Origin: Octopus sinensis
Taxonomy: Eukaryota
NCBI RefSeq assembly: GCF_006345805.1
Contig: NC_043021.1
Span: 7,502,001 to 7,566,000 of the forward strand
Reading direction: 5' to 3'
Length of the DNA: 64,000 bases
Below the pieces are notes generated by a model. That model searched no databases, was not told the DNA's origin, and worked only from the letters and a program-made list of their open reading frames with translations. Below, piece by piece: positions 39,698-51,992 of this stretch. Within the stretch, counting starts at the first letter, position 1. Each line of letters begins with the position of its first letter. The position numbers and the translations under genes were made by a program.

Positions 39698-39863
39698 GAT
39701 GGGCTTCTTTCAGTTTCTGTCTATCAAATCCACTCACAAGGCTTTGGTCGGCCCCAAGGCTATAATAGAAGACACTTGCCCAAGGTGCCACACAGTGGTA
39801 CTGAACATGGAACCATGTGGTTCGTATGCGAGCTACTTACCACACAACCACTCCTACACCTAT
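39309..39863 (-). mobile_element. SINE family A with expanded internal AT-rich region
   Basis: Head and tail both recognisable. Confidence 0.8.
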
Positions 39864-40287
39864 ATATATATATATATATATATATATAGCAAGAGAGAGA
39901 GAGATTCAAGTAAACTGGTAGTACTTGTAAAAAAAAAAAGCTTCTTAATGTATCATTTTACAAAACATAGAATATATAGAATGATACAAGAGAAAACACT
40001 ACGTTGAGAATTCGGGGTTTAACAAAAGCTTCCTTTCACCTGAAGGACGTAGGTAAAATTCAGCATTATTTTGAAGGATTTTTTGCATTTTGCATTAATG
40101 CTGGCATGCAAGTGATTTATTTATTATTAAATATAATAATATAAATTATTTACATGTTTTTAAGTTACAAAACAATTTGTCATGATGTTAGAATTTTCTT
40201 ATTGTTAAATAAAATTTCATCAAATTATTTCTGTCATTTATGACTTTATATATATATATGCGTGTAAGTGTGTGTGTGTGTGTATGT

Positions 40288-40540
40288 GGAGACGCGTGGC
40301 TTAGTGGTTAGGGTATCAGCATCATGATCGTAAGATTGTGGTTTCGATTCCTGGACTGGGCGACGCGTTGTATTCTTGAGCAAAAAAAGAACTTCATTTT
40401 GCATTGCTCCAGTCCACTCAGCTGGCAAAAATGAGTAACGCTGTGATGAACTGGCGTTCCGTCCAGCTGGGGAACACATACGCCATAGAAACCAGGAAAC
40501 CGGGCCCATGAACCTGGCTAGGCTTTAAAAGGGCACATTT
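40288..40540 (+). mobile_element. tRNA-derived SINE (family D-related)
   Basis: GGAGACGCGTGGCTTAGTGGTTAGG (A box) and GGTTTCGATTCC (B box). Confidence 0.8.
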
Positions 40541-40555
40541 ATTTATTATTTTATA

Positions 40556-40593
<38 letters not shown>

Positions 40594-40594
<1 letters not shown>

Positions 40595-40830
40595 TTTATT
40601 TAAAGCAGCAGAAAATTCAGCAAAACCTGTTACTCTGAGTTTCACGTTCCCATTCGTCAGACAGTTTTTTCTAGCAAATACTGTCCGACGAACGGGAACG
40701 TGAAACTCAGAGTAACAGGTTTTGTTGAATTTTCTGCTGCTTTAAATAAAGCATATTACTCTACCACTGGTATTTGAGTACTCTTTTTTCCACCTTGTTT
40801 CACATTTATGTGTTTACTCAGGTATATATA
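40594..40830. mobile_element. (TA)n-flanked fold-back element with 72-bp arms and an unpaired tail; Penelope-like (inferred)
   Basis: Arms 40594-40665 and 40680-40751 with 3 mismatches. Confidence 0.75.
40627..40664 (-). ncRNA. Minimal type I hammerhead ribozyme motif with canonical core
   Basis: CUGU-CUGACGA-AUG(GGAA)CGU-GAAA-CUC(A)GAG-UA-ACAG: stem I CUGU/ACAG, GNRA-capped stem II, short stem III, GUA triplet. Activity untested. Confidence 0.7.
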
Positions 40831-41170
40831 TATATATATATATAATATATATATATTATATATATATATATATAATGCAAGAGGACTAATATAAGAGCCA
40901 TCTTTTTAAAAATTTTCTATATGGAGCATTGGGTACGTTAAAAGTCATCAGTGTCATCCAGTCAGGCAACTTGCCCAGACCCTAGACCAGTAGATTATAT
41001 TGGTCTTTTGATGGCTGAAATAGTTCATCTGCACATGCAACAACTACAGATGATAGCAGTAGTTCAGTAACTGAACTGGTTAATCCTGGCTATTGACTGT
41101 TCATCTACTCAGCATCTAGTGATATTCATTACTGACTCAGTAAGTTCATCTGCTGAACTAATTCACATCC

Positions 41171-41392
41171 TATTTCTTTACTACCCACAAGGGGCTAAAC
41201 ACAGAGGGGACAAACAAGGACAGACAAACGGATTAAGTCGATTACATCGACCCCAGTGCGTAACTGGTACTTATTTAATCGACCCTGAAAGGATGAAAGG
41301 CAAAGTCGACCTCGGCGAATTTGAACTCAGAACGTAACGGCAGACGAAATACGGCTACGCATTTCGCCCGGCGTGCTAACGTTTCTGCCAGC
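41171..41392 (-). mobile_element. SINE family C
   Basis: Near-identical to the other family C copies. Confidence 0.85.
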
Positions 41393-42899
41393 TAATTCAT
41401 ATCCACCATGCTGCATCCTATTATTATTTCAATGTAGCCCTACCTTGGGTGCTGTGACTTTAAACTGCATCCTGTAGTGGGGGTGGGGGCTAGTTTGAAG
41501 GTCCCAGGCTTTTGAGGAGTATGAAATCTCCCACTCTTGCTCCTAGATCTACTCTGACCTACAGTAGTTGCAGCTGTCAGGGGCCTAGTTATGGATTAAT
41601 TAGCATGCAAATAGAGGTAGGTTGTCAATGGAAATGAACAGCTGCCCTGGATCAAACCACAGGTGCTCCCTCAGCAAGGCCTAGCATTTTGTAACCACCC
41701 AAGCCAAGGTTACATTGAAATCATAAGATGCAACAAGGTGGATGTGAACAGTCTCAGCAGGTGAACATTAGAAGTAGTTAACATAATAAGCTCCTGTATA
41801 TAGGTCAGTGTGCACAACTATAATTAGTAGTAGTAACGAAGATTAACATCAATTAATTTAGGTAATCAGATGAGAAGTGATGTCAAGAGCTTCTATGTGG
41901 CTTCTCATCATGCTAGAAGTAATAACAGCAAAATCTCCATCAAATCATGTTACTGTCTGAAAGGAAGGATACTTTTGATAGCACAGTCCTTGATACTCTA
42001 TACCTGAAAATAAGACACAGTGGCCGTGGTTGGAATGCCTTTGATCATAGGTTTGCTGAATCAGAGCTGGTTTGGGATTAAACAACAACAACAACATCTA
42101 ATTTTATAAACAGAAGAGAAATCCTGTTGGTGTACCGTGAGATGTAGAGACTAAAATTTTGAGGGTTTTAAAACCCTTCTCATGTGCGCAGTTTGTTTCT
42201 CCCTTACCCAGTCTATGACTATCTGATGTATAACTTAGACACTTATCAGAAAAGTGAAACCATCATGTTATCTTGCAGCCTGCTGGAGCCCACATTGAGT
42301 CACTATATGAAGAAATTTGTGTTCATGTAGTAATTCAAGAGAGGTCACAATATGTTGATGTACATCCCCCATTGTTTTCTTCAAGAACCATAACAGGATT
42401 TGAACCCAGCACTGAAAGCTAAAGGAATATCTCATGCATAATACAGTGCCCCACTCCCCCACTAGCTCACAGCTATATTAAATAATTCTCCAAGGAAATT
42501 TTTCACAACATATGATAGGCCCTTGAAAGTCAAGAATTTTAGCAAGGGATATAATGCTGTCTGTCCTCAAAACAGAATGTAAACTGCTCTCCTTTCAGTA
42601 AGTAAGCTGTAAGTCAACTGTCTCGCTTAGATATAACTCAAGATTAGGTGATCTCTCATAACAAAACACTAAATCATGTGACTAGAAGGAGGACTTTACA
42701 GCAATGTTAAAACACTAGGTCACACGACTAAAATCAGATCAGTGCCCACAGTGGCCATTTCAGGCATCTGGTCAGAGGAGAAAGAGTTACACTCATCACC
42801 TTTATCAAGACTTCCATCACTGGTTGGAGAAAGGTAGAAATTTATTCTCATTAAATGTTTGCAACATATTGTATTCTCTAACATGGAGTGAAGAATCCA

Positions 42900-43270
42900 G
42901 GCACTTGAGCACAAATGCTTCAGAAGTTTATTATACATCCTGTATACAGAGCACAAAATGAACAGCTTTGTCATGCAGCAAGTCAACAAATACACTGCCA
43001 GACAGGAACCACTCTTTGTGCAGGTAAAAAGACAAAAGCTAGCCTGGTATGGTCATGTTTCCTGCCTCAACTCTGTCCGAAAGCATTCTTCAGGGGACAA
43101 ATGAAGGAGAGTGGAAGAGATGCAGAGAAAATCCTGAATGGGCATCATCAAGGACTGGACAAGCCACAACACAGCAAACTTGCTATGCATAACAGAGAAC
43201 AGAGACCATTGGCAACAGCTGACTGTGAAAGCATCTAGTGTGGTATCCCAATGACTGGCTGCATCAGTTA
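42900..43270 (+). mobile_element. Decayed RTE-type LINE 3' fragment
   Basis: Frameshifted EH.....FVMQQVNKYTARQEPLFVQVKRQKLAWYGHV motif. Confidence 0.7.
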
Positions 43271-44806
43271 AGGGATTTTTATGATGATGATGATGATGAT
43301 GTATTCTCTGCAAAAGTCCCCTTAGGTCAGGTGATCACATAAAACTAATTTGTCTTGGTACGTAAAAAACACCCACTACACTCACGGAGTGGTTGGCGTT
43401 AGGAAGGGCATCCAGCTGTAGAAACACTGCCAGATCAGACTGGGCCTGGTGCAGCCTTCTGGCTTCCCAGATCCCCGGTTGAACCGTCCAACCCATGCTA
43501 GCATGGAAAGCGGACACTAAACGATGATGATGAATAGGAAGATTAAACTTACCACCCAATCTACCCACATTGCAACTACAAATAGATGTGGGGAAGGCTG
43601 TGAGCTTGTACTATAAACACGGATGAATTCAATGTGGAACAGATACAGCAGAACAAAAATTGGTAACTGAAAGGGAAAAAACCTAGGTTTTCCAGTTGAA
43701 ATCCCACACATTTTTCTTTGCTTTTTAACTATCAAGGGCCATTAATCCTTTTCTTACCATATTTCTAATTAAATATACTGCCTTTGTTTCAATTAATTTC
43801 AAAATAATTAAGAATTTAGTAAACTAACTTTATTAAGCTGGTCTTTGGAACATAAATCAATATGAAATTTTAATTGGTTTTCGTTTAGATCACTTTAAAA
43901 CAAGGAATTTATATAATAATACTAAGAGGTGGTATGAAAAGTTGGTATCGAAAATATATGACTGATCAATTAAGAGAGGAGATGAAACAACTCAAATCTT
44001 GGTCATTGAATCTCAACGGCTAAAGTTTCAATTTTGCAAGAGCTGAATCCTATGTCAACCCCAATTAAAATTCAATAGCTTAGGCCTTGTAGGCAGTCGG
44101 CAAATGTCCAAGTATTTATTGGCTCTAAAGAAAATCCAGATTTTCTTGTACAATTTTACCAATGTTAAGAATATGAGATTTGCTAGAATGGAAATGATGA
44201 ATCTTTACATAAAAAACTGATTCATGAAAAGCAGGAACTATTATTTGATTTTCTTCACTATAAAGAGATCTAAATGTGCTGCTTTCACCATCAGTTGGCA
44301 TTAACAACCAGATTTATTCCAATCTGCATTGTCTATATCATCCAAAAATTTCAATCATCTGATCCTATTGGAATTATTTCCCTTGTTTGAAGCATCTATT
44401 TATTTCTTTTCTGTTTTTCTTTTTTAGAGTTTAACATGTTTGTTACTGTATTTCTGTTAAATTACACTACCATTGTTTCAATTAATTTTTAAAATAATGA
44501 AAAATTTAGTAAAATAATTTTGCCATTATTAACCTTGTGTATGAAACATAAAATTAGCATAAAATTTTGATGGACAGTTTTAACTTAGGTCACTTTAAAA
44601 CATAATGTTCATGATGTAGAATGAGAGACAGTCTCAGGCAAGTCAGTATCAAGAGCATTAAACACTCTTACAGGAAGATTTTGTTTGTTAATTGCCAGAA
44701 AATCCTCAACTAATTGAAAGTTCTCCAATCCACTATTTATATATGCAAGATCCTACTATTTAAGTATGTATATATAGATATACACATACTTATGTACTAA
44801 AGACAA

Positions 44807-44851
<45 letters not shown>

Positions 44852-45162
44852 ATATTATATAAAACGGGCGATACTGCTAGTATATATATATTTTTTTTTT
44901 CTCAGGAACTATTAGACCTGACACTGTGTATTCGCTTTGTTCTCTTACTTTATTTTCATCTTATAAATCATCTCATAATAATGACTTTTATGACTTTTAT
45001 TACTACCTCAGTCAATCTAAATGTATATATTTGTCATTACCTGTCATAAAAAAGCCTTTTTTTTAAATTTACAATGTACATTTTCGTTGATTTTTCATAT
45101 TTTACCCTTATATTTCCACGTGTATCTTATATTTTCTTTTTGTAACATATTTCTACTATATA

Positions 45163-45193
<31 letters not shown>

Positions 45194-45550
45194 TGTTGAT
45201 ATGTTGTCAATTGTGGAACACAGCTGTCACTACATAAACTTGACGGAAAGTATTACACTTCAATATGGAAAGACGAGGAATCAAAATGTATTGTATGATA
45301 ATCTATATACACAGATAAAATGATAAACAAGGGGGCACACTAACCAGCACATGTTATCCAGGTATATAGAATTTTCATCAAAACTTGGGAGTTACTGTCA
45401 ATCATTTTATATTTCATTTGGATTTAGCATATCTCTCTACATATATTAATACATACACAAACATACACTCACATTTATACGTGTGTACATGCATTTTTGT
45501 ACCTTCATGTACACCCCATAAATGCATATGCTACTATATATATATATATG

Positions 45551-45970
45551 ATTTAAAGGACTAACCACTAAAAGTGGACAGTCAATATGCTAGATATAGA
45601 CGTCAAAATCGCTATTTTCCACGAAGAATGGGTTCTTGAGGAAAAACTCAGCAAAAAACCAAAGTGTAAAAATAAGCAAGACAAATGAAAATATACGAAA
45701 TAAAAATACGAAATACAAAATATTTTCATTTGTCTTGTATATTTTTACACTTTGGTTTTTTGCTGAGTTTTTTCTTGAGAAAACATTCTTTGTGGAAAAT
45801 AGCGATTTTGACGTTTATATCTAGCATATAGACTGTCCACTTTTAGTGGTCAGTCCTTTAAATTTAGTATGTAAAAAATATTTTTAATCTTCGGATTTTT
45901 TTAAAATATGCTCGGCCACTGGTTTTAATTGATTAATATCAATTTCTACCCTTATTCAATTTTAAATTTT
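45551..45970. repeat. (TA)n-flanked fold-back element, arms about 144 bp (45551-45694 / 45720-45863) plus a one-sided tail
   Basis: Reverse-complement match seen directly, with several mismatches. Confidence 0.85.
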
Positions 45971-45992
45971 ATATATATATATATATATATAT

Positions 45993-46226
45993 GGTATTAA
46001 CCATAAAATAATGTGGGGTAATTATAAACAAGAAAAAAGCAACAAGAATGGATTAGTTTTTCAGTACAATTGTTTCATACGAAGAACAGCTTTATTAAAA
46101 GCTGCAAATATTGCAGCAAATACAAGTGTCCCGTATTTGCTGCAATATTTGCAGCTTTTAATAAAGCTGTTCTTCGTATGAAACAATTGTACTGAAAAAC
46201 TAATCCATTCTTGTTGCTTTTTTCTT
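45993..46226. repeat. (TA)n-flanked perfect palindrome, 94-bp arms (46030-46123 / 46133-46226), 9-nt loop
   Basis: Arms are exact reverse complements by manual comparison. Confidence 0.92.
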
Positions 46227-46944
46227 ATGTATATATATATATATACAAATTTATGTACACATATGCATGAATAAATATGTAACCATATTTTTTTATACGT
46301 CTCTTTAAATTATTCATTCATCCCAGGTGCAACAGGTGAAGCGCTTTTAGAAATGACATTTTCATTAGTGTTCAGGTATTTTTCCTATATTAACAAGCAG
46401 AACATGTGATTCTTCTTCTTTAGTTCTCTTCCTGAAGTTAGAGCTCTCCAAACAGCTAAACTGTCCCAGGAAAGGGCTTCTTATATCATCCAAGAAATCA
46501 CCCAGAATGTCCAAGGAGGCATCGTAATTTCGTAATTAGGTAAAAAATTATTCTTTGAGTCAGAGTGGAAATATAGGTATATTTTTTTTTTTTAGTATTA
46601 TCATTGTTATAGGCCAGCAAAAACAAACAAAGAATAAAAGTAAAATGAAAAAGAAAGGAAAATATTCCTGCTAGACCCCTTCCCCCATAACAAGAACAAT
46701 AACAACAGTTAAACACTGAGTTAGGACATTATAAACATACTAGGAAATAAAGCCTCTATCGTGTGGTCTGGGTAAAAGAAAAAAAAGTTTCAAATAATAA
46801 CGGTAATAATAAAAAAAAAAAATGGAAGGAAGCTCAAAACCAGGTTCAAAAAATAACTGCTACAACATCACTACACCAAAGGAGCACATGGAAACCACAG
46901 CAAAAATATGGAGACAAACAAAAATGTATAAAAGAAGTTGACAA

Positions 46945-47153
46945 AGATGTGTGTGTATATTTACACATATATACATATATATGTATATATATGTATATAT
47001 ATATATGTATATATATATGTGTATATATATATGTATATATATATGTGTATATATATGTGTATATATATATGTGTATATATATGTGTATATATATATGTAT
47101 ATATATATGTGTATATATATATGTATATATATATGTATATATATATGTGTATA

Positions 47154-47195
<42 letters not shown>
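46945..47195. repeat. (TA)n/(TG)n compound microsatellite
   Basis: Direct observation. Confidence 0.9.
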
Positions 47196-47199
<4 letters not shown>

Positions 47200-47573
47200 T
47201 GTTTTACTTGAGGAGAAAGGAATAGGGGAAAAGCTGAAAAACAAAGCATTAATAAACGTGAACATAAAAACATATTGAAAGAAGCAAGCGTATGTATCTA
47301 TGTATGTATGTATGTGTATATATGTATATATATGGAGAGAGAGAGAGAGAGAGAGAGATTGCCTCAAATAAAAAGTGAACAGTGAAGAGAAAGAAAAAAA
47401 CAAAAAAAAAAAAAAATCAAAGGTGAGCTTTTGATGTTCTTAAATCCAAACTGAAACCAATGATTGAATTTCATTTGAAAGTGAAGAAAAAAAAGCAGTT
47501 TCAGTGCAGTGTCAGATGTGCTGGGGTGGGGTGGAATGGAATGGTTAGCAGTAGGGGGCTGTTGATTGGCTTA

Positions 47574-48379
47574 TCTATATATATAAAAGTGAGGTTGTGT
47601 GGTGTCTGTCTCCTACGATTTAGATTCCTAACTACTCCCACATTTTGCGGTGCAGTTTAACCAAAACCGGGTATCTTATAGTCGTGATTCATATCGAGCC
47701 CTTCTGGGTATTAGTGCGTGTCTACGATGAGTCTACGATTTAAAAAAAAATTTACCATCATTTTTTTCCATTTTAATGCATTTTTTTTCGCTATTATATA
47801 AGGAAAGTAACTCTCTGAAAATGTCTACGATAAGTCAACGATTTTTTAAAAAATTTACCATCACTTTTTTTTTCCATTTTTAATGCATTTTTTTGCTATT
47901 TTTTGGCTATAACTCTCTAAAAATGCTTATATAGTTATTTCCCTTACAAACCCGAGCAACGCCGGGCGATACTGCTAGTCTATATATATAAAAGTGAGGT
48001 TGTGTGGTGTCTGTCTCCTACGAATTAGATTCCTAACTACTCCCACATTTTGCGGTGCAGTGTAACCAAAAGCGGGTATCTTATAGTCGTGATTCATATC
48101 GAGCCCTTCTGGGTATTAGCGCGCGTCTACGATGAGTCTACAATTTTAAAAATAAATTTACCATAATTTTTTCCCATTTTTAATGCATTTTTTTGCTATT
48201 ATATAAGAGAAGTAACTCTCTAAAAACATATTATTAAATCTCAGAATGTAAAAAGCTACAGTAACCCCCCCCCCTTTGTGGTTAGCCATATTGAGATGGC
48301 TATTATACTTTACATCTCTAAAAATGCTTATATAGTTATTTCCCTTACAAACCCGAGCAACGCCGGGCGATACTGCTAG
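47574..48379 (+). mobile_element. Head-to-tail Helitron dimer (47574-47978 and 47979-48379)
   Basis: A|TC...CTAG|TC...CTAG|T; same family as 16259-16655. Confidence 0.9.
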
Positions 48380-48839
48380 TAATGATTAAAAAGAAAGATC
48401 TTAAGGGTCAACTAGTAGGAGCATGTCACAAATGAAGAGATTCTGAGAAGTGTGAAGTCATGACCATTGCAAAGAGAATGCAGATTCCACCTGGCTGGCC
48501 ACATTTTTTGTATGGTCAATCAACGGCACTTAAAAACAGCCATGGCTTGAGTACCACCAATCAGCAGGCCAAAGGTCACTTGGCAGCAGGCATTTCAAAA
48601 TGACTTGAAGATGGTTAATATTACAAGGAACAGACAAGAGTAGCAGCCAACTGAACCCAGTGGAGAAAGCTCGCTGCCCAATGCAGTGAGCAGTGCAAGA
48701 GGACCTAGAGCTAAATCCTCATCGTCGTTTAACATTCATTTTCCATGCTATGGGTTGGATAGCGAGCAGGAGCTGGCAAGTCCAGAGGCTGCACCATGTT
48801 CCAGAGTTTGTTTTTTGGCCTGGTTTATATTGTTTTATA

Positions 48840-49085
48840 TTGGCATATTTTGGTCATATTATGAGGAGAAAATCCCTGGAGAAGGACATCATGCTCGGAA
48901 TGGTCAGTGGCAAGAGAGGAAGAGGCCGACCAAGACCCCACTGGCTTGACACCATCAAGAGTGATACCGGAAGGACATAGCCAGTCTGAAAGAAGCGGCC
49001 CAGGATAGAACTGACTGGAGGACACTGATCCATGGAGTAACCGAGAGTCAACTTCGAGTGAGCAGATAGATAGATAGATAGATAT
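48840..49085 (+). mobile_element. RTE (BovB-like) LINE 3' end with (TAGA)n tail, inserted in a family B repeat; an older RTE-like piece lies at about 48400-48710
   Basis: LAYFGHIMRRKSLEKDIMLGMVSGKRGRGRPRPHWLDTIKSD...DRTDWRTLIHGVTESQLR. Confidence 0.88.
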
Positions 49086-51126
49086 TGTTTTTGGCTTGGT
49101 TTATACAGCTGGATACCCTTCTTAAAGCCAACCACTTTACAGAGTGTAGTGAGGGGTTTTTCACATATCACTATCGTCAGCGCTTTTTACATGTCACTAA
49201 CACCAATGCTAAGTAAGCAGTGTTATTATAATAGTATTTATCACATCTTTTGAATACCATTGAAAGAAGTTAATTTATAAATTAACAGTAACATGTGTAG
49301 ATGCACAGCAGGTCGGGAATTATTTTCACCATGTTCCATCACAGAAACTTAGAAGTATTCAAGTACTTTCTAATGATAAGGTTGTCTTTCTACCTTGTAT
49401 TTCTATTTATTAATTTATTTTTACAAACATGAAATACAGTTTGTGTCCAAAATCACCAAACTTATAAATTTTTCTTGCTAGGTGAGGACTTTACAAGAGA
49501 ACACAGTTGAAATCAATGTTTGGTTTCAGTGAAGAATAAATTTTAAAATAATCTGGAAGCTGTAGGGAATGAGTGAGTAAATGAATTAACGAATGCATAA
49601 CCAAATAAATGTCAAAAAATACAATAAAGTTACCGGTGATTATAAAATATGTAAGGCAAACAGTTAGACAACATGTTTACAAAACAGAAGTCAAACTGAC
49701 AAAACAGAAAGAATAGCTCATATAGAAATGTGAAGAGGAAGAGAGGTGAAAGAGGAGGCTAAAGGAAAGGGGAGGAAAGTAAGAGAAGGAAATAGATAGT
49801 TGAACAATCGGAACACAAAACTGATGTTGAATGGTTGAGGGAGAATAAAATAAGAGAAGGGCAAATATAAGAAAGGAGGAAACAGAAGAGAAAAAAGAAA
49901 AGCAGCAAGAAGAATCTGAAGATCAAGAAGCCAGAATGTCAAAGAGCCAGAGGGTTGATGAAGAGTTATGAAGGGAAGTAGGAACCAGAGGGCAATAGGA
50001 AGAGCGAAAGGGTTAATAGGTGAAAGAAGAACTGGAGAGTCAAAGATAATCAGAAGAATTAAAGAAGAATAAAGGGCCAAAAAAGAGCCAGAGGATTCAA
50101 GAAAAGGTGGAGGGTTCAAGAAGAGCTAGAGCGTTTAAGAAGAACCAGAGGGTTCAAGAAGAGCTAGAGGGTTCATGATGAGCTGGAGGGTTCAAGAACA
50201 GCCCAAAAATTGAAGAAGGGTCACACGGTCAAAGAGGAGCCTGAGGTTCAGGGAATGAGTCAAAGGATCAATGAAAAGATAGAAGGTCAAAGAAAGAGTC
50301 AGAAAGTCAAAGAACTAGAGGATCAAAGAAGTGTCAAATGTTCAAAGGAGAGTCAGAAAAGTGTTAAAAATGAGAGGATGAAAGAGAAAGGAGAGGCTCA
50401 GAGAAGGAAGCAGAAAGAATGAAGGAAGAGTAAGGATGAAGAAAGAAGAAATAATAAGAAAGCAGATGGATATTTTTTAAAAATCACAAGGATTAGAAAG
50501 AGAGAGAGTGGGAGTAGAAAAGTAGAGAAAGAGGCAGGGACAGACATATGAATGTGAGATAAAGGTTTTGTTGGGAGAAGTAGAGTTAAAGATATAGAGT
50601 CAGAAGTAAAGGGACAGAGCTTAAGAAAAGGAAGGGAAGAGACATGAAATGTAAATAAAAAAGAAGAGGTGGGTAGAGGAAAGAAGGGAAAGATGGAATG
50701 ATGACAAAGTATGGAGATAGAAAGGAAATAGTTAAACAGGAAGGAGAAAGGGCGGAGGGCAGAGGGAAGGAAAAAGAGAAAGAGTAAGATAAAGAGGGGA
50801 GAGAATGTGAAAAGAAAGACAATAATAGAGTAAGGAGAGGAAAACGAAAAGTCGGAGGAGAAACAAGAAAAAGAAAGGAGAAGAAGGAAGAGGAGGAGGA
50901 AAGACAAACGACTGAGAAGAAAACAATGATGTCGCAGAAAATAAAAGAAAAAGAACAAAAACCACAGACAAGCATCCAAGAGAAAGATAAAAAGAGTGCA
51001 GCATACAAACACCAAAAATAAACAAAAAAAAGTCTTATTCGTAATAATAATAATGATAATGATAATAATAATAATAATAGTAGTAGTTATTAATACTAAT
51101 AAAGAATTAAAAAAAAAAAAACTTAC

Positions 51127-51299
51127 CTCAATTTCTCCAAACTCCAAAAGTGAGTAGCGCCGTTCTTCAAGTCTTGCACTTCAACAGCAACAATGGTCTT
51201 GGGAAATGGTCTGTTACTGTCTCTCTCATCTTGAGGCAAGAGTTCAGAGGACAAAGGTGAGTAGTTGGTGTCGGTCAGCAGAACAAATTGAAATTGAAC
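51127..51299 (-). CDS. unc-104: unc-104 exon J: [58 protein letters not shown]
   Basis: 173 nt, ttgtag|GTT...TTGAG|gtaagt, phase 0-2. Confidence 0.97.
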
Positions 51300-51544
51300 C
51301 TACAAAGACATTTGAAGTCAATGCCACACTTTAGATATTTATTGAGTTTTGGGCTTATTTTGAACGGGCATTGCCTGTATGTTGAATGGTGTGTGTACAT
51401 GTGTGGGTGTATGTGTGTTGATTGTATGTGTGTGTGTTTAGTATGAGTGTGTACATGTCAGAAATACTGAGTGCAGGAGTTAAGTATGTATGTGTATGTG
51501 TGTGTGTGTGTGTGTCATGTATGTGCAGGAGTTGAGTATATGCA

Positions 51545-51830
51545 GAGTATGAGTGCAAGCTGAGTACAAGCATATGTTGAGTACAAGCATATGTTGAGTA
51601 CAAGCATGTGTTGAGTATAAGCATATGTTGAGTACAAGCATATGTTGAGTACAAGTATGTGTTGAGTATAAGCATGAGTACAAGCATATGTTGAGTACAA
51701 GCATGTGTTGAGTACAAGCATGTGTTGAGTACAAGCATGTGTTGAGTACAAGCATATGTTGAGTATAAGCATGTGTTGAGTACAAGCATGTGTTGAGTAT
51801 AAGCATGTGTTCAAGTACTGAGTGTGTGTT
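51545..51830. repeat. 17-nt minisatellite (TGAGTACAAGCATATGT)n
   Basis: Units start at 51561, 51578, 51595 and onward. Confidence 0.92.
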
Positions 51831-51923
51831 GAGTGTACATGTGAGTTAAGTATGCATGCGTATGTTGAGTATGTGCATGTTTTGAGTTGCATACATGCTA
51901 GCGTTGAGTGCATGGGTACGTAC

Positions 51924-51992
51924 CTTCTTGTTAAGTTCGACACTGATGGCATTGGATTCTTTCAAGAAAATAGCGTTGCCCCAGAGATCATC
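51924..51992 (-). CDS. unc-104: unc-104 exon I: [23 protein letters not shown]
   Basis: 69 nt, ttacag|GAT...AAG|gtacgt, phase 0-0. Confidence 0.97.

Noticed and set aside
42720-42995. 91-aa minus-strand ORF as a hidden exon
   Set aside because: No convincing splice sites or kinesin similarity; overlaps a decayed LINE on the other strand.
46133-46200. GAAAC-AATT-GTA as a hammerhead half in the 94-bp palindrome
   Set aside because: No CUGANGA-like strand or stem I partner is present.
49718-51147. Long hydrophobic F/L/S-rich ORFs suggesting a membrane protein
   Set aside because: Compositional artefact of a CT-rich low-complexity tract; the same applies to 63261-63973.
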